36,098 bases of DNA from Octopus sinensis (GCF_006345805.1 NW_021824853.1:1-36098); one strand, 5' to 3'; counted from the first letter of the stretch, positions 1 through 11,896 are shown. Notes: generated by a model from the sequence alone, not told the origin. Translations and numbers: made by a program.

Positions 1-212
1 TCACGATATCTCTGACGGTGACTGGTCAACCTCATTCTTATTTTTTTCTTTTTATATACAAATCAAAGTCATTATCGAATGACCTCGCGGTTTCGGTTCC
101 ATATTCTAACGCCCAATGGCGAGCCACGAATGGTAATGAGGGCAAGTTTGAGACATTTGACTCCAAAAACACACATTGGCGGCAAAAGTGTGAATATTGT
201 TTTTATGCTGTA

Positions 213-599
213 CTTGCAGTATAGCCCGACGTTACTCGGGTTTGTTTTGACCATTTAGAATTGGAATTTTTGAAAAGTAAAAATTTTGCATTATGTAGCT
301 TGTTATTCTCTTTAAGTGAACATTTTCTGGTTGAAATACACCGAAAAATGACAACACAGCAGTCAAAAAATCGTAAAAAAATAGGGATTTTCATAGGAAA
401 AAGCACGTTTTTGATGTAAATAATTTTTAGTGTTAACATGGTCCGATTTGAATTAGATTTGAATAGAGCAAGCCTTCTTCTATCATATTCTCAATTTTGG
501 TCAACTTGCACCGCAGGCCCCGGAGGGTGTTAGTTGAAGGCTTCCAAACCTGCCACACACACACACACACAGATAACCTCAGCTTTATATAGAGAGAGA
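213..599 (-). mobile_element. Non-autonomous Helitron, body type 1 (copy 1)
   Basis: On the minus strand it starts TCTCTCTCTATATAAAGCTG and ends with a GC hairpin plus CAAG (mutated CTAG), inserted between A and T. Aligns along its length with 20969-21362. Confidence 0.75.
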
Positions 600-752
600 T
601 TTAGCAGTTGCTTTCGGGACGTTGTAGCTCTGTTTAGGGAAAATGCTGCTGGGAAGTATCTAGAAAGGCTGGTCGAGAAACCACAAATCTCCAGCTTTCC
701 TGATCAGACAACTGCATCCAGTATAAACATTTTGTGGTCGCAACAACCATAA

Positions 753-915
753 AGCGAGCTGGCAGAATCGTTAGAACGCCGGACTAAATGCTTAGCAGTT
801 TTTCGTCCTTCTTTACTGAGTTCAAATTTCGCCGAGGTCGACTGTGCCTTTCATCGTTTCAGAGACGATAAATAAATACCAGTTCAGCACTGGAGTCGAT
901 GTAATCAACTTGATT
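753..915 (+). mobile_element. SINE family B (tRNA-headed), diverged copy
   Basis: GCGAGCTGGCAGAATCGTTAG head, GAGTTCAAATT B-box, GAGGTCGAC..GCCTTTCATC core. Homologous to copies at 16865, 18971, 23988 and 27291. Confidence 0.8.
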
Positions 916-1109
916 ACTCCTGGGTATAAGTATAAAAACAAAAAAATCTGCATCCCCTGCCTAACCTTGTCGCGTGTGCCACTGTGGAAGAGTAGGCTCA
1001 TAAAACAAGTATGGTCTCAAGGCATTCTCTAGTGATGAGAACATGCCGAGCCCCCACCGCCCCTCTGCAGAGGACTGAACATAGATAATCCAATCCAGTC
1101 CAACAATTA

Positions 1110-2018
1110 TCAAAAATATCGAACTGCTCCTTTGATCATAGAACAAGAAATACTCAAACTTTACAAGGCAAAAGAAACGTCAACAGCCAAGAGCATCAAA
1201 CTGCTCTCATCGCCCAAGTAACTGGCAAAATTCAACGTTGGAATCAGACTAGGAGACGAAGATTAAGTAACAGAGACTGTCCTCTGTTACAGTTTCTTCT
1301 GGAAAGAGAAACTTCAAGACTGGAAAGCATTTTTATGAAGTGGTAATTTTCTGTAGAATTGAAGTCAGTGAAAGATGTGAACGAGGCCCATCTATATTAA
1401 CGAAAAGATCGCCATATTGAGAAAAGCTCTGAAGGATTGTTAGCTAATTGTCATCAGTGCATATGCACTAAGATGCAGTGCAAGCGATGAGGACAGACTA
1501 GGTTACTATAGCATCCTTCCACGTGTCTTTACAACGCCTCTATATCCGTTGACATATCCCAAAGGGATGTACGTCAACGCCCGAGTGGGTAGAGACTCCA
1601 TAATGTTGAAGGATATCACTGGAAACTGAAAATTCAGCAACATCCTTCACCTTGAATTAATTAACCACCATCGATGTCCTCTCCATGCTCAAGTCGAAAG
1701 TTTAAATACAAAACAAGCTGGATGTATTCTCGATCACATCGCCAATTGCCGTAATCTGACTGAATACAAGTTTGCGTAAAGGAGAGACGAAAGTGATTTC
1801 AGTAATATCGAAGCAATGGCAGCCACTGACAAACATTAAACTGAACATCGTCTTGTCACATCACATCACATCACATCAATGAATGAAATGCAAACACGAG
1901 CCGTTGTTGAATAAATTGAATGTCCAGTAAGATTCTGGGTTTCGCCAGACATTTAAACAAAATCGAAAACGAAATCTAAACGCTAGCATCTCGAACCAAT
2001 CAGATTTGGTGTTTCGAT
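1110..2018 (+). pseudogene. Decayed RTE-clade LINE, APE endonuclease region
   Basis: Frameshifted translations give YSFFWK (1288-1305), LIVISAYA..SDED (from 1444), NARVGRD (1576-1596), KLNV and an NQxWxFDE-like motif near 1998-2020. Order matches RTE ORF motifs (YTFFWSG, SAYAP, DFNARVG, QDWFDEN). Confidence 0.65.
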
Positions 2019-3759
2019 GAAATGGCTTGGAAAACTGCAAAGCTTTCTCCAGCTTGAAAATGGCTTGAAAACTGCAAAGCTTTCTCCATCTTGAAAATGG
2101 CTTGAAAACTGCAAAGCTTTCTCCATCTTGAAAATGGCTTGAAAACTGCAAAGCTTTCTCCATCTTGAAAATGGCTTGAAAACTGCAAAGCTTTCTCCAG
2201 CTTGAAAATGGCTTGAAAACTGCAAAGCTTTCTCCATCTTGAAAATGGCTTGAAAACTGCAAAGCTTTCTCCATCTTGAAAATGGCTTGAAAACTGCAAA
2301 GCTTTCTCCATCTTGAAAATGGCTTGAAAACTGCAAGCTTTCTCCATCTTGAAAATGGCTTGAAAACTGCAAAGCTTTCTCCATCTTGAAAATGGCTTGA
2401 AAACTGCAAAGCTTTCTCCATCTTGAAAATGGCTTGAAAACTGCAAAGCTTTCTCCAGCTTGAAAATGGCTTGAAAACTGCAAAGCTTTCTCCATCTTGA
2501 AAATGGCTTGAAAACTGCAAAGCTTTCTCCATCTTGAAAATGGCTTGAAAACTGCAAAGCTTTCTCCATCTTGAAAATGGCTTGAAAACTGCAAAGCTTT
2601 CTCCATCTTGAAAATGGCTTGAAAACTGCAAAGCTTTCTCCATCTTGAAAATGGCTTGAAAACTGCAAAGCTTTCTCCATCTTGAAAATGGCTTGAAAAC
2701 TGCAAAGCTTTCTCCATCTTGAAAATGGCTTGAAAACTGCAAAGCTTTCTCCATCTTGAAAATGGCTTGAAAACTGCAAAGCTTTCTCCAGCTTGAAAAT
2801 GGCTTGACTTGAAACTGCAAAGCTTTCTCCATCTTGAAAATGGCTTGAAAACTGCAAAGCTTTCTCCATCTTGAAAATGGCTTGAAAACTGCAAAGCTTT
2901 CTCCATCTTGAAAATGGCTTGAAAACTGCAAAGCTTTCTCCATCTTGAAAATGGCTTGAAAACTGCAAAGCTTTCTCCATCTTGAAAATGGCTTGAAAAC
3001 TGCAAAGCTTTCTCCAGCTTGAAAATGGCTTGAAAACTGCAAAGCTTTCTCCATCTTGAAAATGGCTTGAAAACTGCAAAGCTTTCTCCATCTTGAAAAT
3101 GGCTTGAAAACTGCAAAGCTTTCTCCATCTTGAAAATGGCTTGAAAACTGCAAAGCTTTCTCCATCTTGAAAATGGCTTGAAAACTGCAAAGCTTTCTCC
3201 AGCTTGAAAATGGCTTGAAAACTGCAAAGCTTTCTCCATCTTGAAAATGGCTTGAAAACTGCAAAGCTTTCTCCATCTTGAAAATGGCTTGAAAACTGCA
3301 AAGCTTTCTCCATCTTGAAAATGGCTTGAAAACTGCAAAGCTTTCTCCATCTTGAAAATGGCTTGAAAACTGCAAAGCTTTCTCCATCTTGAAAATGGCT
3401 TGAAAACTGCAAAGCTTTCTCCATCTTGAAAATGGCTTGAAAACTGCAAAGCTTTCTCCAGCTTGAAAATGGCTTGAAAACTGCAAAGCTTTCTCCATCT
3501 TGAAAATGGCTTGAAAACTGCAAAGCTTTCTCCATCTTGAAAATGGCTTGAAAACTGCAAAGCTTTCTCCATCTTGAAAATGGCTTGAAAACTGCAAAGC
3601 TTTCTCCATCTTGAAAATGGCTTGAAAACTGCAAAGCTTTCTCCATCTTGAAAATGGCTTGAAAACTGCAAAGCTTTCTCCAGCTTGAAAATGGCTTGAA
3701 AACTGCAAAGCTTTCTCCATCTTGAAAATGGCTTGAAAACTGCAAAGCTTTCTCCAGCT
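2019..3759. repeat. 37-bp tandem satellite, about 47 copies
   Basis: Unit CTTGAAAATGGCTTGAAAACTGCAAAGCTTTCTCCA(T/G), near-identical copies. Only a 1-bp deletion near 2335 and a net 4-bp insertion near 2808 break the phase. Confidence 0.98.
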
Positions 3760-4255
3760 GAATCAGAACTGGGAATCTCGAACCGTAACTCTTTCTTCTT
3801 ATTTAATAATCTGAGACATGTTTTCTAGCGGTGCTTTCCAATCGCTTTGACCTCTCATATATTTTACTAACTCGTCTGTAATTTCCTCTCTTACACCTGT
3901 TGGTTCGATGTAGAACGATGCTGAAATCTGCAAGTTCATCTACAAGATGAAATGACAGATCTCTTGCAAATCCAACAAGATTTTCTTGGGAAAAACGGCC
4001 CAAGATCCAAAACCAAGAAAGACAACGCTCCACATTTCAAGGCGGATGTTCAATCATAGATCAGTTGAATTCAAAACGAATAGGGGCCCAAAATGAAGAT
4101 AATCCAAAGCTGTTTTGACCCACACCATTCATTATTTCATCTGTGTTTTCTATTAACCTACCATGACAGTGACAACAACAATAAAAGCTGAATATGTACG
4201 TATTTTGATAGATGACGCAACATTCTTGTTCTATTGGCTTAAATCTTCAACAAAC

Positions 4256-4612
4256 AGGCGTTGTTGTGTTTGCTCCCCGACCACATGGTTCCGGGTTCAG
4301 TCCCACTGAATGGTACCTTCGGTCAATATCTTCTACTTGTAGCCTAAAGCCGACCAAAGCCTTGTGAGTGGATTTGGTAGGCGGAAACTGAAAGAAATCG
4401 GTCATGTGTGTGTGTTCATCCCCTACAACTGATGTTGGTGTGTTACACGTCCCCGCAACTTAGCGGTTCGGCTAGAGAGACCGATAGAATAAGTACCAGG
4501 TTTGATAAAAGAGATAAGTACTGAGATTGATCCCGTCAACTCAAATTCTTCAGGGAGGCGCCTCAACATGGCTGCAGTTTAATGACGGAAACAAGTAAGA
4601 GATAAAAAAAAA
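4256..4612 (+). mobile_element. SINE family A (tRNA head, CORE-like segment), diverged copy
   Basis: CCACATGGTTCCGGGTTCAGTCCCAC head, GCCTTGTGAGTGGATTTGGTAG, tail CAACATGGCTGCAG..GAAACAAGTAA. Homologous to other A copies in the window. Confidence 0.85.
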
Positions 4613-5005
4613 AAAGTTAAACTACTGAACAGATCGACTGCCTTTGATAATTATCACATTGTTGATCTTCGTCTGTTCTCCAAGCAGCTGTGGATGTCAG
4701 CACCTATATTTCTCAAGGAAGTTAGATTTTAACATTTGCCAGATGTGTGACAACAAAGCTTCTGTTCAGATGCTGTGCTGTACAAAACATAGGAGGAATA
4801 TCTTTGAAAGTTTATCTTCATCAGTTCATTCTAGAATTGGGAAAGAAAATCTGTTTGCAGAGATTTTAAAGATTTTAATATTGTGATGCTCTGTTCGGAA
4901 AACGTGGTCTCCGAATATAAAGAAACTACAGAAGAATCTTTCTGCTATCATCGGCTGGTATCGTCTTGTCCTGATTACAGCTGAGTCATTCCAGCTTGTC
5001 TAAAC

Positions 5006-5338
5006 CTCTGATTCTCAACCATTTTTTATCTATGGACCCCTTTGATTACCATTTCATTCTGGTAGACCTCCATAGCCATTTGATGTTTAAAAGCTAGTTT
5101 TAGTGCTAATTCTTTCGAAATTCCTATTTTATTTATCGTACATTCCCTTGTATACGCAGAACGATGTAAAATGTCAGAGAAAGCTGTTTCTTGCAATAAA
5201 CACATTAAACGCAAAGCTTTTTCATGGACCCATTAAAATACTGCTTGTTGGCCCAATCTACAATTTTGCTTATGTGGACCTCCAAAAATCTCAATTGGAC
5301 CCCCAAGGGGTTATATGAATCCCGACTAAGAACCTCTG
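5006..5338. mobile_element. hAT/Charlie-like MITE
   Basis: Degenerate TIRs CTCTGATTCTCAACC / GACTAAGAACCTCTG; 8-bp flanks GTCTAAAC / ATCTAAGC (6/8 match). Confidence 0.65.
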
Positions 5339-5512
5339 ATCTAAGCAAAACTATAAACTGGATGTAGTTTCTGTCTTCAATGAAATACAAATGACATGAC
5401 TATTCTTGCCAAAAACTTCAAGAATAGATGAGGAGGCACCAAAAATCGACCTTTTTCATATACTGTGATCTGGTTACACCCTTTGGCACAATGACAAGGC
5501 TCATCGTCAGAA

Positions 5513-5702
5513 CAGGTGTCCCCAAACCTTTTAGACCATCGACCCTTTCATGGAATCCTTGACCCCTCATCGACCCTGGCATGTACAAGAAAATAAATAT
5601 ATACTACTAATAATAAAGTAGATGTGCATTAATCGACTCCTTGAATAATCCCATCGACCCCCCCCCCCCGGGATCGATATCAGTCCCTTTGGAGACCCCC
5701 TG
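5513..5702. mobile_element. hAT/Charlie-like MITE
   Basis: TIRs CAGGTGTCCCCAAA / TTTGGAGACCCCCTG; flanks GTC-AGAA / GTCTAGAA resemble the Charlie NTCTAGAN target. Confidence 0.7.
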
Positions 5703-5869
5703 GTCTAGAAAGTACTCTCTTTGAGAAATCTGGATATCTTTGAGTTCAGCCAAATTATTCAATCGCTTTATATCGACATGACAGATCGAATGTCATCCTA
5801 CGGTGAAATTTCTCCTGAATTTGATATCAACAATAGTATTAAGAAAGGCTGCGTATTTGCACCCACCAG

Positions 5870-6195
5870 ACATGTGGGGATGTAAAAGAGGATTGCACGA
5901 ATGTGGGCAATGAAGAAAGGAACTGTCGTCCTGGTAGTTATAGGGGATAGGGAACATTAACGATCAAGTTTGAGAAGTTTGCTGGAGACATTGAGATTGA
6001 CATGAGGGTAGATCATGATCAGAAAACTGCTTTATTGAGGACAGTGAGGACTTTGAGACTGGTACTTGGGTGTTAAGTATTGTGGAAAGAGACCCTGTGA
6101 GATCCTTGACAACAGGTTGTTGTCTGCTAATACAGAATTAGCCGGGGCAAGTAAAATGGAGGGCTTTGAAAAGTGAAAGAAAAATTATAATAATA
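5870..6195 (+). mobile_element. 5'-truncated R4/Dong-like non-LTR retrotransposon 3' end
   Basis: Translates as IARMWAMKKGTVVLVVIG then FEKFAGDIEIDMRVDHDQKTALLRTVRTLRLVLGC* (5969-6076), matching the remembered C-terminus of restriction-like-endonuclease elements. Followed by a 3' UTR and a TTATAATAATA tail. Confidence 0.65.
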
Positions 6196-6667
6196 CAAGG
6201 AATGTGCTCGACCACGGATTCAACGTCAATTTTGTAATCTACGTTTCTTCTCAAATATCAGAAAATATCAGTCGTAAAAACGGAAACAACATCGATTTAG
6301 AGGCCTTGGATACATTCTCGATAACGAGGAAATATTGATGTATATGTGTCAGTACATACATATTTGACCTAGGGGTGGTTAAATATTTGACCTAGGAGTG
6401 GTTAAATAACGGCAACAAAAATGATAATAGTTAAAAAATAAATAAATCTTTGAGGTCGCTCGAAAATATGCAAAAATATAACAGCTAAATTCATCTCATG
6501 TCATATCGTACCTCTTTAAAATAGGAGGGACACACTAGAAAATGGGGTCTGGTGTGGTCTGTATCTGCAGGGTTAGGGTTACAAGATAATCAAGGTTAGT
6601 TACATCGTCTTTGATCATAAGTCTGCTAGATCTCGGAACTCATTTGGGTTAAATAGCAACAACAATA

Positions 6668-7082
6668 GGCGTAGGAGTGGCTGTGTGATAAGTAGCTTGC
6701 TTACCAACCACATGGTCCCGGGTTCAGTCCCACTACGTGACACCTTGGGCAAGTGTCTTCTACTATAGCCTCGGGCCGACCAAAGCCTTGTGAGTGGATT
6801 TGGTAGACGGAAACTGAAAGAAGCCCATCGTATATATATATATGTGTATATATATATGTATATATATGTGTGTGTCTGTGTTTTTCCCCCCTTCAACATC
6901 GCTTGACAACCGTTGCTGGTGTGTTTACGTTCTCGTAACTTAGCGGTTCGGCAAAAAGAGACCGATAGAATAAGTACTAGGCTTACAAAGAATAACTCCT
7001 GGAGTCGATTTGCTCGACTAAAAAGGCGGTGCTCCAGCATGGCCACAGTCAAATGACTGAAACAAGTAAAAGAGTAAAGAGA
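6668..7082 (+). mobile_element. SINE family A, full-length
   Basis: GGCGTAGGAGTGGCTGTGTG head, CCTTGGGCAAG CORE-like motif, internal (TA/TG)n, tail CAGCATGGCCACAGTCAAATGACTGAAACAAGTAAAAGAG. Confidence 0.92.
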
Positions 7083-7087
7083 ACAAG

Positions 7088-7090
<3 letters not shown>

Positions 7091-7140
<50 letters not shown>
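7091..7140. repeat. (CA)n microsatellite
   Basis: About 25 perfect AC units. Confidence 0.97.
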
Positions 7141-7145
<5 letters not shown>

Positions 7146-7695
7146 TCCTTCTTGGAATTGTATGCCAGAGCACGTATAAAGCTGCATATGATAGCATGTA
7201 AAAATTGGGTTGTGTGTATGTATGGTATAGCATCATTAATCTGAATTGAATTAGTGCATTCAATCCTCCAAAAGCAGGGCGTGGAATATATCAGAATAAC
7301 ATAGACTAACTGCTAATTGACGGGCTATAAATTACACGGGAACAAGTGTTGTTTACAAATATGGATTATTCTTGGTTAAAGCGACGCTGTCAATGCCAAT
7401 TGTATAGGCGCGCTAACCAGGCTGTGACGGCCAATCCTCACGCTGATTGGTTGAAATACAGTTCGTAGGATACGGCTTGCTGGAGTCTACTGGAAAATGT
7501 TAAAAAAAAACAAAAACAAATTCAAGCATTCCATTACAGTAATCAATTATGAAGCAACTATCGGTTTATGCTGCTACTATACAAACCTGAAGATTGCAAA
7601 CAGCATAAAAGTACTTCTCTTATCATAATATGTAATATTGTAAAATTGTAGAAAATACGCAAATATAACATAAATACCAGACAATGTTGGAATTT

Positions 7696-7698
<3 letters not shown>

Positions 7699-7744
<46 letters not shown>
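7699..7744. repeat. (CA)n microsatellite
   Basis: About 22 perfect CA units. Confidence 0.97.
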
Positions 7745-7746
<2 letters not shown>

Positions 7747-8364
7747 ATATAAACAGCGAAACTGGGCCTAATTCCTCACTACCAATGGAAGAACCCTAAA
7801 CAACTACGACTACGATTGGAGATAACGTCGATATATTGAAGAGTACAAAACACATTAAAGAATCTCCAGAGAGAATATATAAACAACTACATGAACAAAG
7901 CAAACCAGATACAGACGTCCCATCATCAGCAGTTGTATTATGAATCTCTGTAGTTTCGGCATTGTGTTTGTATATACATATATTTATGTGTGTGTAGGAG
8001 TGGGTGGGTGGGTATAAGAGCCTAAAAGAGGAAGGAACAAAATAAAGATGTGTACATTTACTTTTAACACGTTCCTGCAAAACACTTTTGGTGCGTGATT
8101 TTGTCAGAGAAAACCCTTCCCCACCACCAAAAAGAAAAAAAAAAGGAAAAACAGACTAAATTTTTTCTCTTGAAAATATTGTTGCGATTTGGAAATAAAA
8201 ACTAATATTGAGATGTATATTTCAACATATATATCTTAATTTTATCTTGAAATGTCTCCTCTTTTTGGCTGTTCATATAAATGATTATATGATTACTGTA
8301 AACACTTCGCTAATCGCTTTTACATTAAATGTATACTTGGTAATAGCAGTGAGGAATCTATTCA

Positions 8365-8398
<34 letters not shown>

Positions 8399-9153
8399 AT
8401 ACATATACATACTTAAACGTATGTACACCCACGTCTATAGGAATTTAGACAGTTGAGAGGCTTCTAATTGCGTACGTGTATAAACAAATATGAACGCTAT
8501 CAAATGATCGATACACACACTTTTGAATTTTATAGTTTATATTGGAGTACATTGACACACAGACACACACACGTATGGACTCATGCACATACATATTCAT
8601 TTTGTGATATACATATATATGCAAATGTATGTATGCATGTATGTATGTATGTAATTTCTTTAATAGAGTGTCATGAAATAAAATGTGTCTAAAACTTAAC
8701 ACAAATACGAGACAAACGATGTCCCTCACGCACACAATCCTAATTATGTAATGACACCGAGGAAAAGGCATAAATATTCTGACTTTAATAACATGAAATT
8801 TATTGTAAATAAAAGCTGCACAAGCACGAATAAATATATACATACATACATACATACATACATAAATAAAAATGTGTGTGTATATATGACATGGTTGAAA
8901 GGAATGGAGAATTTGTACTTGTCTAACGTGGAAAAATATCAGCTATTTTATTTAATTATATTTACAACGAATTTCATGCATCAATTTAGAATTTTTATAA
9001 TGAATTAAAATTCATTATTTACTTCTATCTCGTAATTAATACTCATTGTTTTATTCTGAGTAGGCACTGCCTACGTTGTCAATACAAAGAACGAGTTCCT
9101 CACACACGCGCACGCCGGCCGCCTCCCCCCTCGTCCCCCCACATACAGGCACA

Positions 9154-9196
<43 letters not shown>

Positions 9197-9295
9197 TGCG
9201 AGTGTATTCGTTTCGTTTCGTTTGGTTTTATAGCAAAGGATAGCTTTCTTATTACATATATACAATTTTATTTTGTGTGAATACACACACACACA

Positions 9296-9669
9296 ATCGT
9301 GGTTGTGTGGCAAGATGCTTGCTTCCCGACCACATGGTTCCGGGTTCAGTCCCACTGCGTGGCACCTTGGTCAAATGTCTTTTACTATAGCCTTGGGCCG
9401 ACAAAAGTCTTGTGAGTGGATCTGGTAGACAAAAACTGAAAGAAGCCCGTCGTATGTGTATACGCCAACCATTGCTTGACAACCGATGTTAGTTTGTTTA
9501 CGTCCCTGTAACTTTGTCTTTCGGCCAAAGAGACCGACAGACCGGCAGAATAAGTACTAAGCTTACAAACAATAATTCCTGGTGTTGATTTCTTCGACTA
9601 AAATCCCTTTAAAGCAGTGCTCCATCATGGCCGCAGTCAAATGGCTGAAACAAGTAAAAAAATAAAAGA
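9296..9669 (+). mobile_element. SINE family A
   Basis: Same head, core and tail as 6668-7082. Confidence 0.88.
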
Positions 9670-9802
9670 TATATATGTATGTATGTATATGTATATATAT
9701 TTATATAACAAAAATCTATCACGCACTTTGATTTTTGTTATATTTCGCTCTTATTGAGCACTAATTAGGTGCGCTACAACAAAGGTTTTCCCTCCTTCTT
9801 CT

Positions 9803-9836
<34 letters not shown>

Positions 9837-10315
9837 TTATATCTATGAATATATATGTGTGTGAAAATAATTACATACAAAATACGCTTCTTCTATGTCT
9901 ACCTTCAGTAAATATGGCCTTGGCCAAGCGGAATTGATGTTGTGTCCAACGTTTATTGGTCGTTTTCACCCAGCACCGTAACATCCTGCAGTTAAGACTT
10001 ACAGTACTGGACAAATGATTGCTCATCAACTCCATGTGGCTTCCAGTTTAGGTCTTCGTCTCTGCTCCATAAAGAACAAAGGGCCCTTTTTCCTGCCTTC
10101 GTCATTTTACGAGCATCCAGCTGTCTTCCTCTCTTTAGCCCTCATTCGAATGGCTTCGTGCTTTCTTCTTACTGACTGGTCAAGAAATACTCTACAGTCG
10201 ACTTCGAGTAGAGATAGCCACGCCTGCAATCCTTTCTCCGTGAAAGTTTTAAAAGGTTCTAGTGTTCTTCCATTTGCAAGCTTGTTCGCATACTTCTTAT
10301 GGGACGGACTATGGG

Positions 10316-10487
10316 CAGTACTGCCTTAAGGGGTGAGCACACTAGGCGGTTTCCCTGGGGCCTTATGAGTCTAGGGGTCCAATTCCGATCTTTGAATGCT
10401 GTGGCTTGCTATCAATAAATAAATAAAACAATAGTACTCAGTGCACTGATTTGCCCAGGGTCTTGTAATACTGTTAAGACGGTTCTC
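10316..10487. mobile_element. Degenerate hAT-type MITE
   Basis: Ends CAGTACTGCCTTAA / TTAAGACGGTTCTC (10/14 inverted match); 8-bp flanks ACTATGGG / TCCGTGGG (5/8). Confidence 0.4.
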
Positions 10488-10511
10488 TCCGTGGGTTCGT
10501 TCAGTCAAGAT

Positions 10512-10661
10512 CAGGGGCGAACTGAGCCGTCGGTCAATCGGAGGGCCCGGAGCTCCGAGGAGCCCACACTCTACATGTTAACTTTACTAAATCAGTACTA
10601 AGGAGCTCTGTAAACAGTTACGCCCGAGGGCCGGCCCTAAATACTGTCAGTCCGCTCCCTG
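10512..10661. mobile_element. hAT-type MITE, 150 bp
   Basis: TIRs CAGGGGCGAACTGA / TCAGTCCGCTCCCTG; perfect 8-bp TSD GTCAAGAT at 10504-10511 and 10662-10669. Confidence 0.88.
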
Positions 10662-11185
10662 GTCAAGATGAGCTTCGCCTCTTTTGACCACAAAGCTACG
10701 TCTGCAACCTTTTTTTATAACCCACAATTTGGCCCTTTGTATCAAATTATTTGTTGTTTTTGTTGTTAATAATCGCTTTTCTCGCTTCCTCACGAACTTC
10801 ATTGATGCTATTGGTTTCCTCTCTGAGGTTCGACGTTTCTTGCGTCTCTCTTACTCCAGGGCTTTAGCGAGTGTCATGAACTCCTTGTCATAGTTCCATC
10901 TCTATCCCTCTTGGGTGAATGCTCTTTGACTCATTCTCGCGTCATTCCATGACTTTATAGACCTCGGGCCAGTGTACTATCTGAACTTTCCCCTATAGTT
11001 CCTGTATATATTTAATATACGTTCATTAAACATATAAAAACATATACATAAAATGTTATTTGTATTGCCTTTGCCGCAAAGGGAAAAATCCTTCTTCTCC
11101 TGCTCATCACGATTATTATTTATAAATCCTCCTCCTCATCATAATCAACACCACCACCGTCATCGTCAACCTCATGCTCATCATT

Positions 11186-11385
11186 AGATAAGCGTCGGAC
11201 AATATGCTTTTTGGTGTTTCTTCCGGCTATCTACATTCTGAGTCCAAATACCGCCAAGATTAGCTTCGACTTTCATCCTTTCGAGATCGATAAAATAAAG
11301 TTCCAAATCGAGTACTGAGGTTGCTGCTATCGACAACTCTTCTTCCCCTCAAAATTATTGGCACTGTACCTAAATTAGAAGCCAT
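11186..11385 (+). mobile_element. SINE family B, old copy with alternative (B2) tail
   Basis: CTGAGTCCAAATACCGCC..CTTTCATCCTTTCGAGATCGATAAA core. Tail CCCCTCAAAATTATTGGCACTGTACCTAAATTAGAAG resembles the third unit of the trimers. Confidence 0.65.
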
Positions 11386-11545
11386 CATCACCATCGTCGT
11401 CGTCATCATCAACATCATCGTCGTCGCCATCATCATCTTTATCCTTCATCCTTATTATCCTTCCCCTTCTTCATTATCATCATCATCATCATCATCGTCG
11501 TCGTCATTGCTATCATCATCATCGTCGTCATCATCTTCCCGTTTC
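11380..11545. repeat. Imperfect (TCA/TCG)n trinucleotide tract
   Basis: Visible ATC/GTC runs. Confidence 0.85.
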
Positions 11546-11692
11546 ATTAATTTCTTATAACATATTAGTGGGAAGACGAGATAACATGTCCTTTACTTCA
11601 ACGCATTCACCCTGACATCATTTACCAGAGTGGAAATGGTAATTATTCGGTGACTGTAGACGATAACCTAATTTCACTCGCTTTTTTAATGT

Positions 11693-11745
<53 letters not shown>

Positions 11746-11896
11746 ATATGTGTGTGTGTCTGCCTGTGTGTAAGAATTTCACACATGTGTGTTTGTGTGT
11801 ATATATGCATGCATGTGTCCTCAAGATTGTCTGAAACACCGTAATAATATAGTAAGAGTCGTTATATACCCACCTCTATTTCTCTATTTATGTCTC

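Larger units (their letters stand above)
4740..5867 (+). pseudogene. Decayed RTE-clade reverse transcriptase, interrupted by two MITEs
   Basis: Ordered motifs across frameshifts: DFKDFNIVML, NYRRI(F)LLSSAG (from 4924), GCSF..TNDM, QKLQE, DLVTPFGTMTR (5467-5499), IQSLYIDM..GEISPEFDINNSIKKGCVFAPT (to 5867). These match RTE RT motifs NYRGISLLS, DLTKAFDTV and GVKQGCVLAPT. Confidence 0.75.

Noticed and set aside
1876-3745. Three overlapping ORFs of 560-614 aa on the minus strand
   Set aside because: The 37-bp unit simply has no stop triplet on that strand; all three frames give the same 37-aa cycle.
2019-3759. CRISPR array (37-bp repeats)
   Set aside because: The repeats are contiguous with no spacers, there are no cas genes, and the context is eukaryotic.
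6360-6406. 22-bp tandem duplication AAATATTTGACCTAGG(G/A)GTGGTT
   Set aside because: Isolated two-copy slippage with no further structure.
7799-7942. Protein-like + frame IGDNVDILKSTKHIKESPERIYKQLHEQSKPDTDVPSSAVVL*
   Set aside because: No start codon or good acceptor, no recognisable family, and short enough to be chance.
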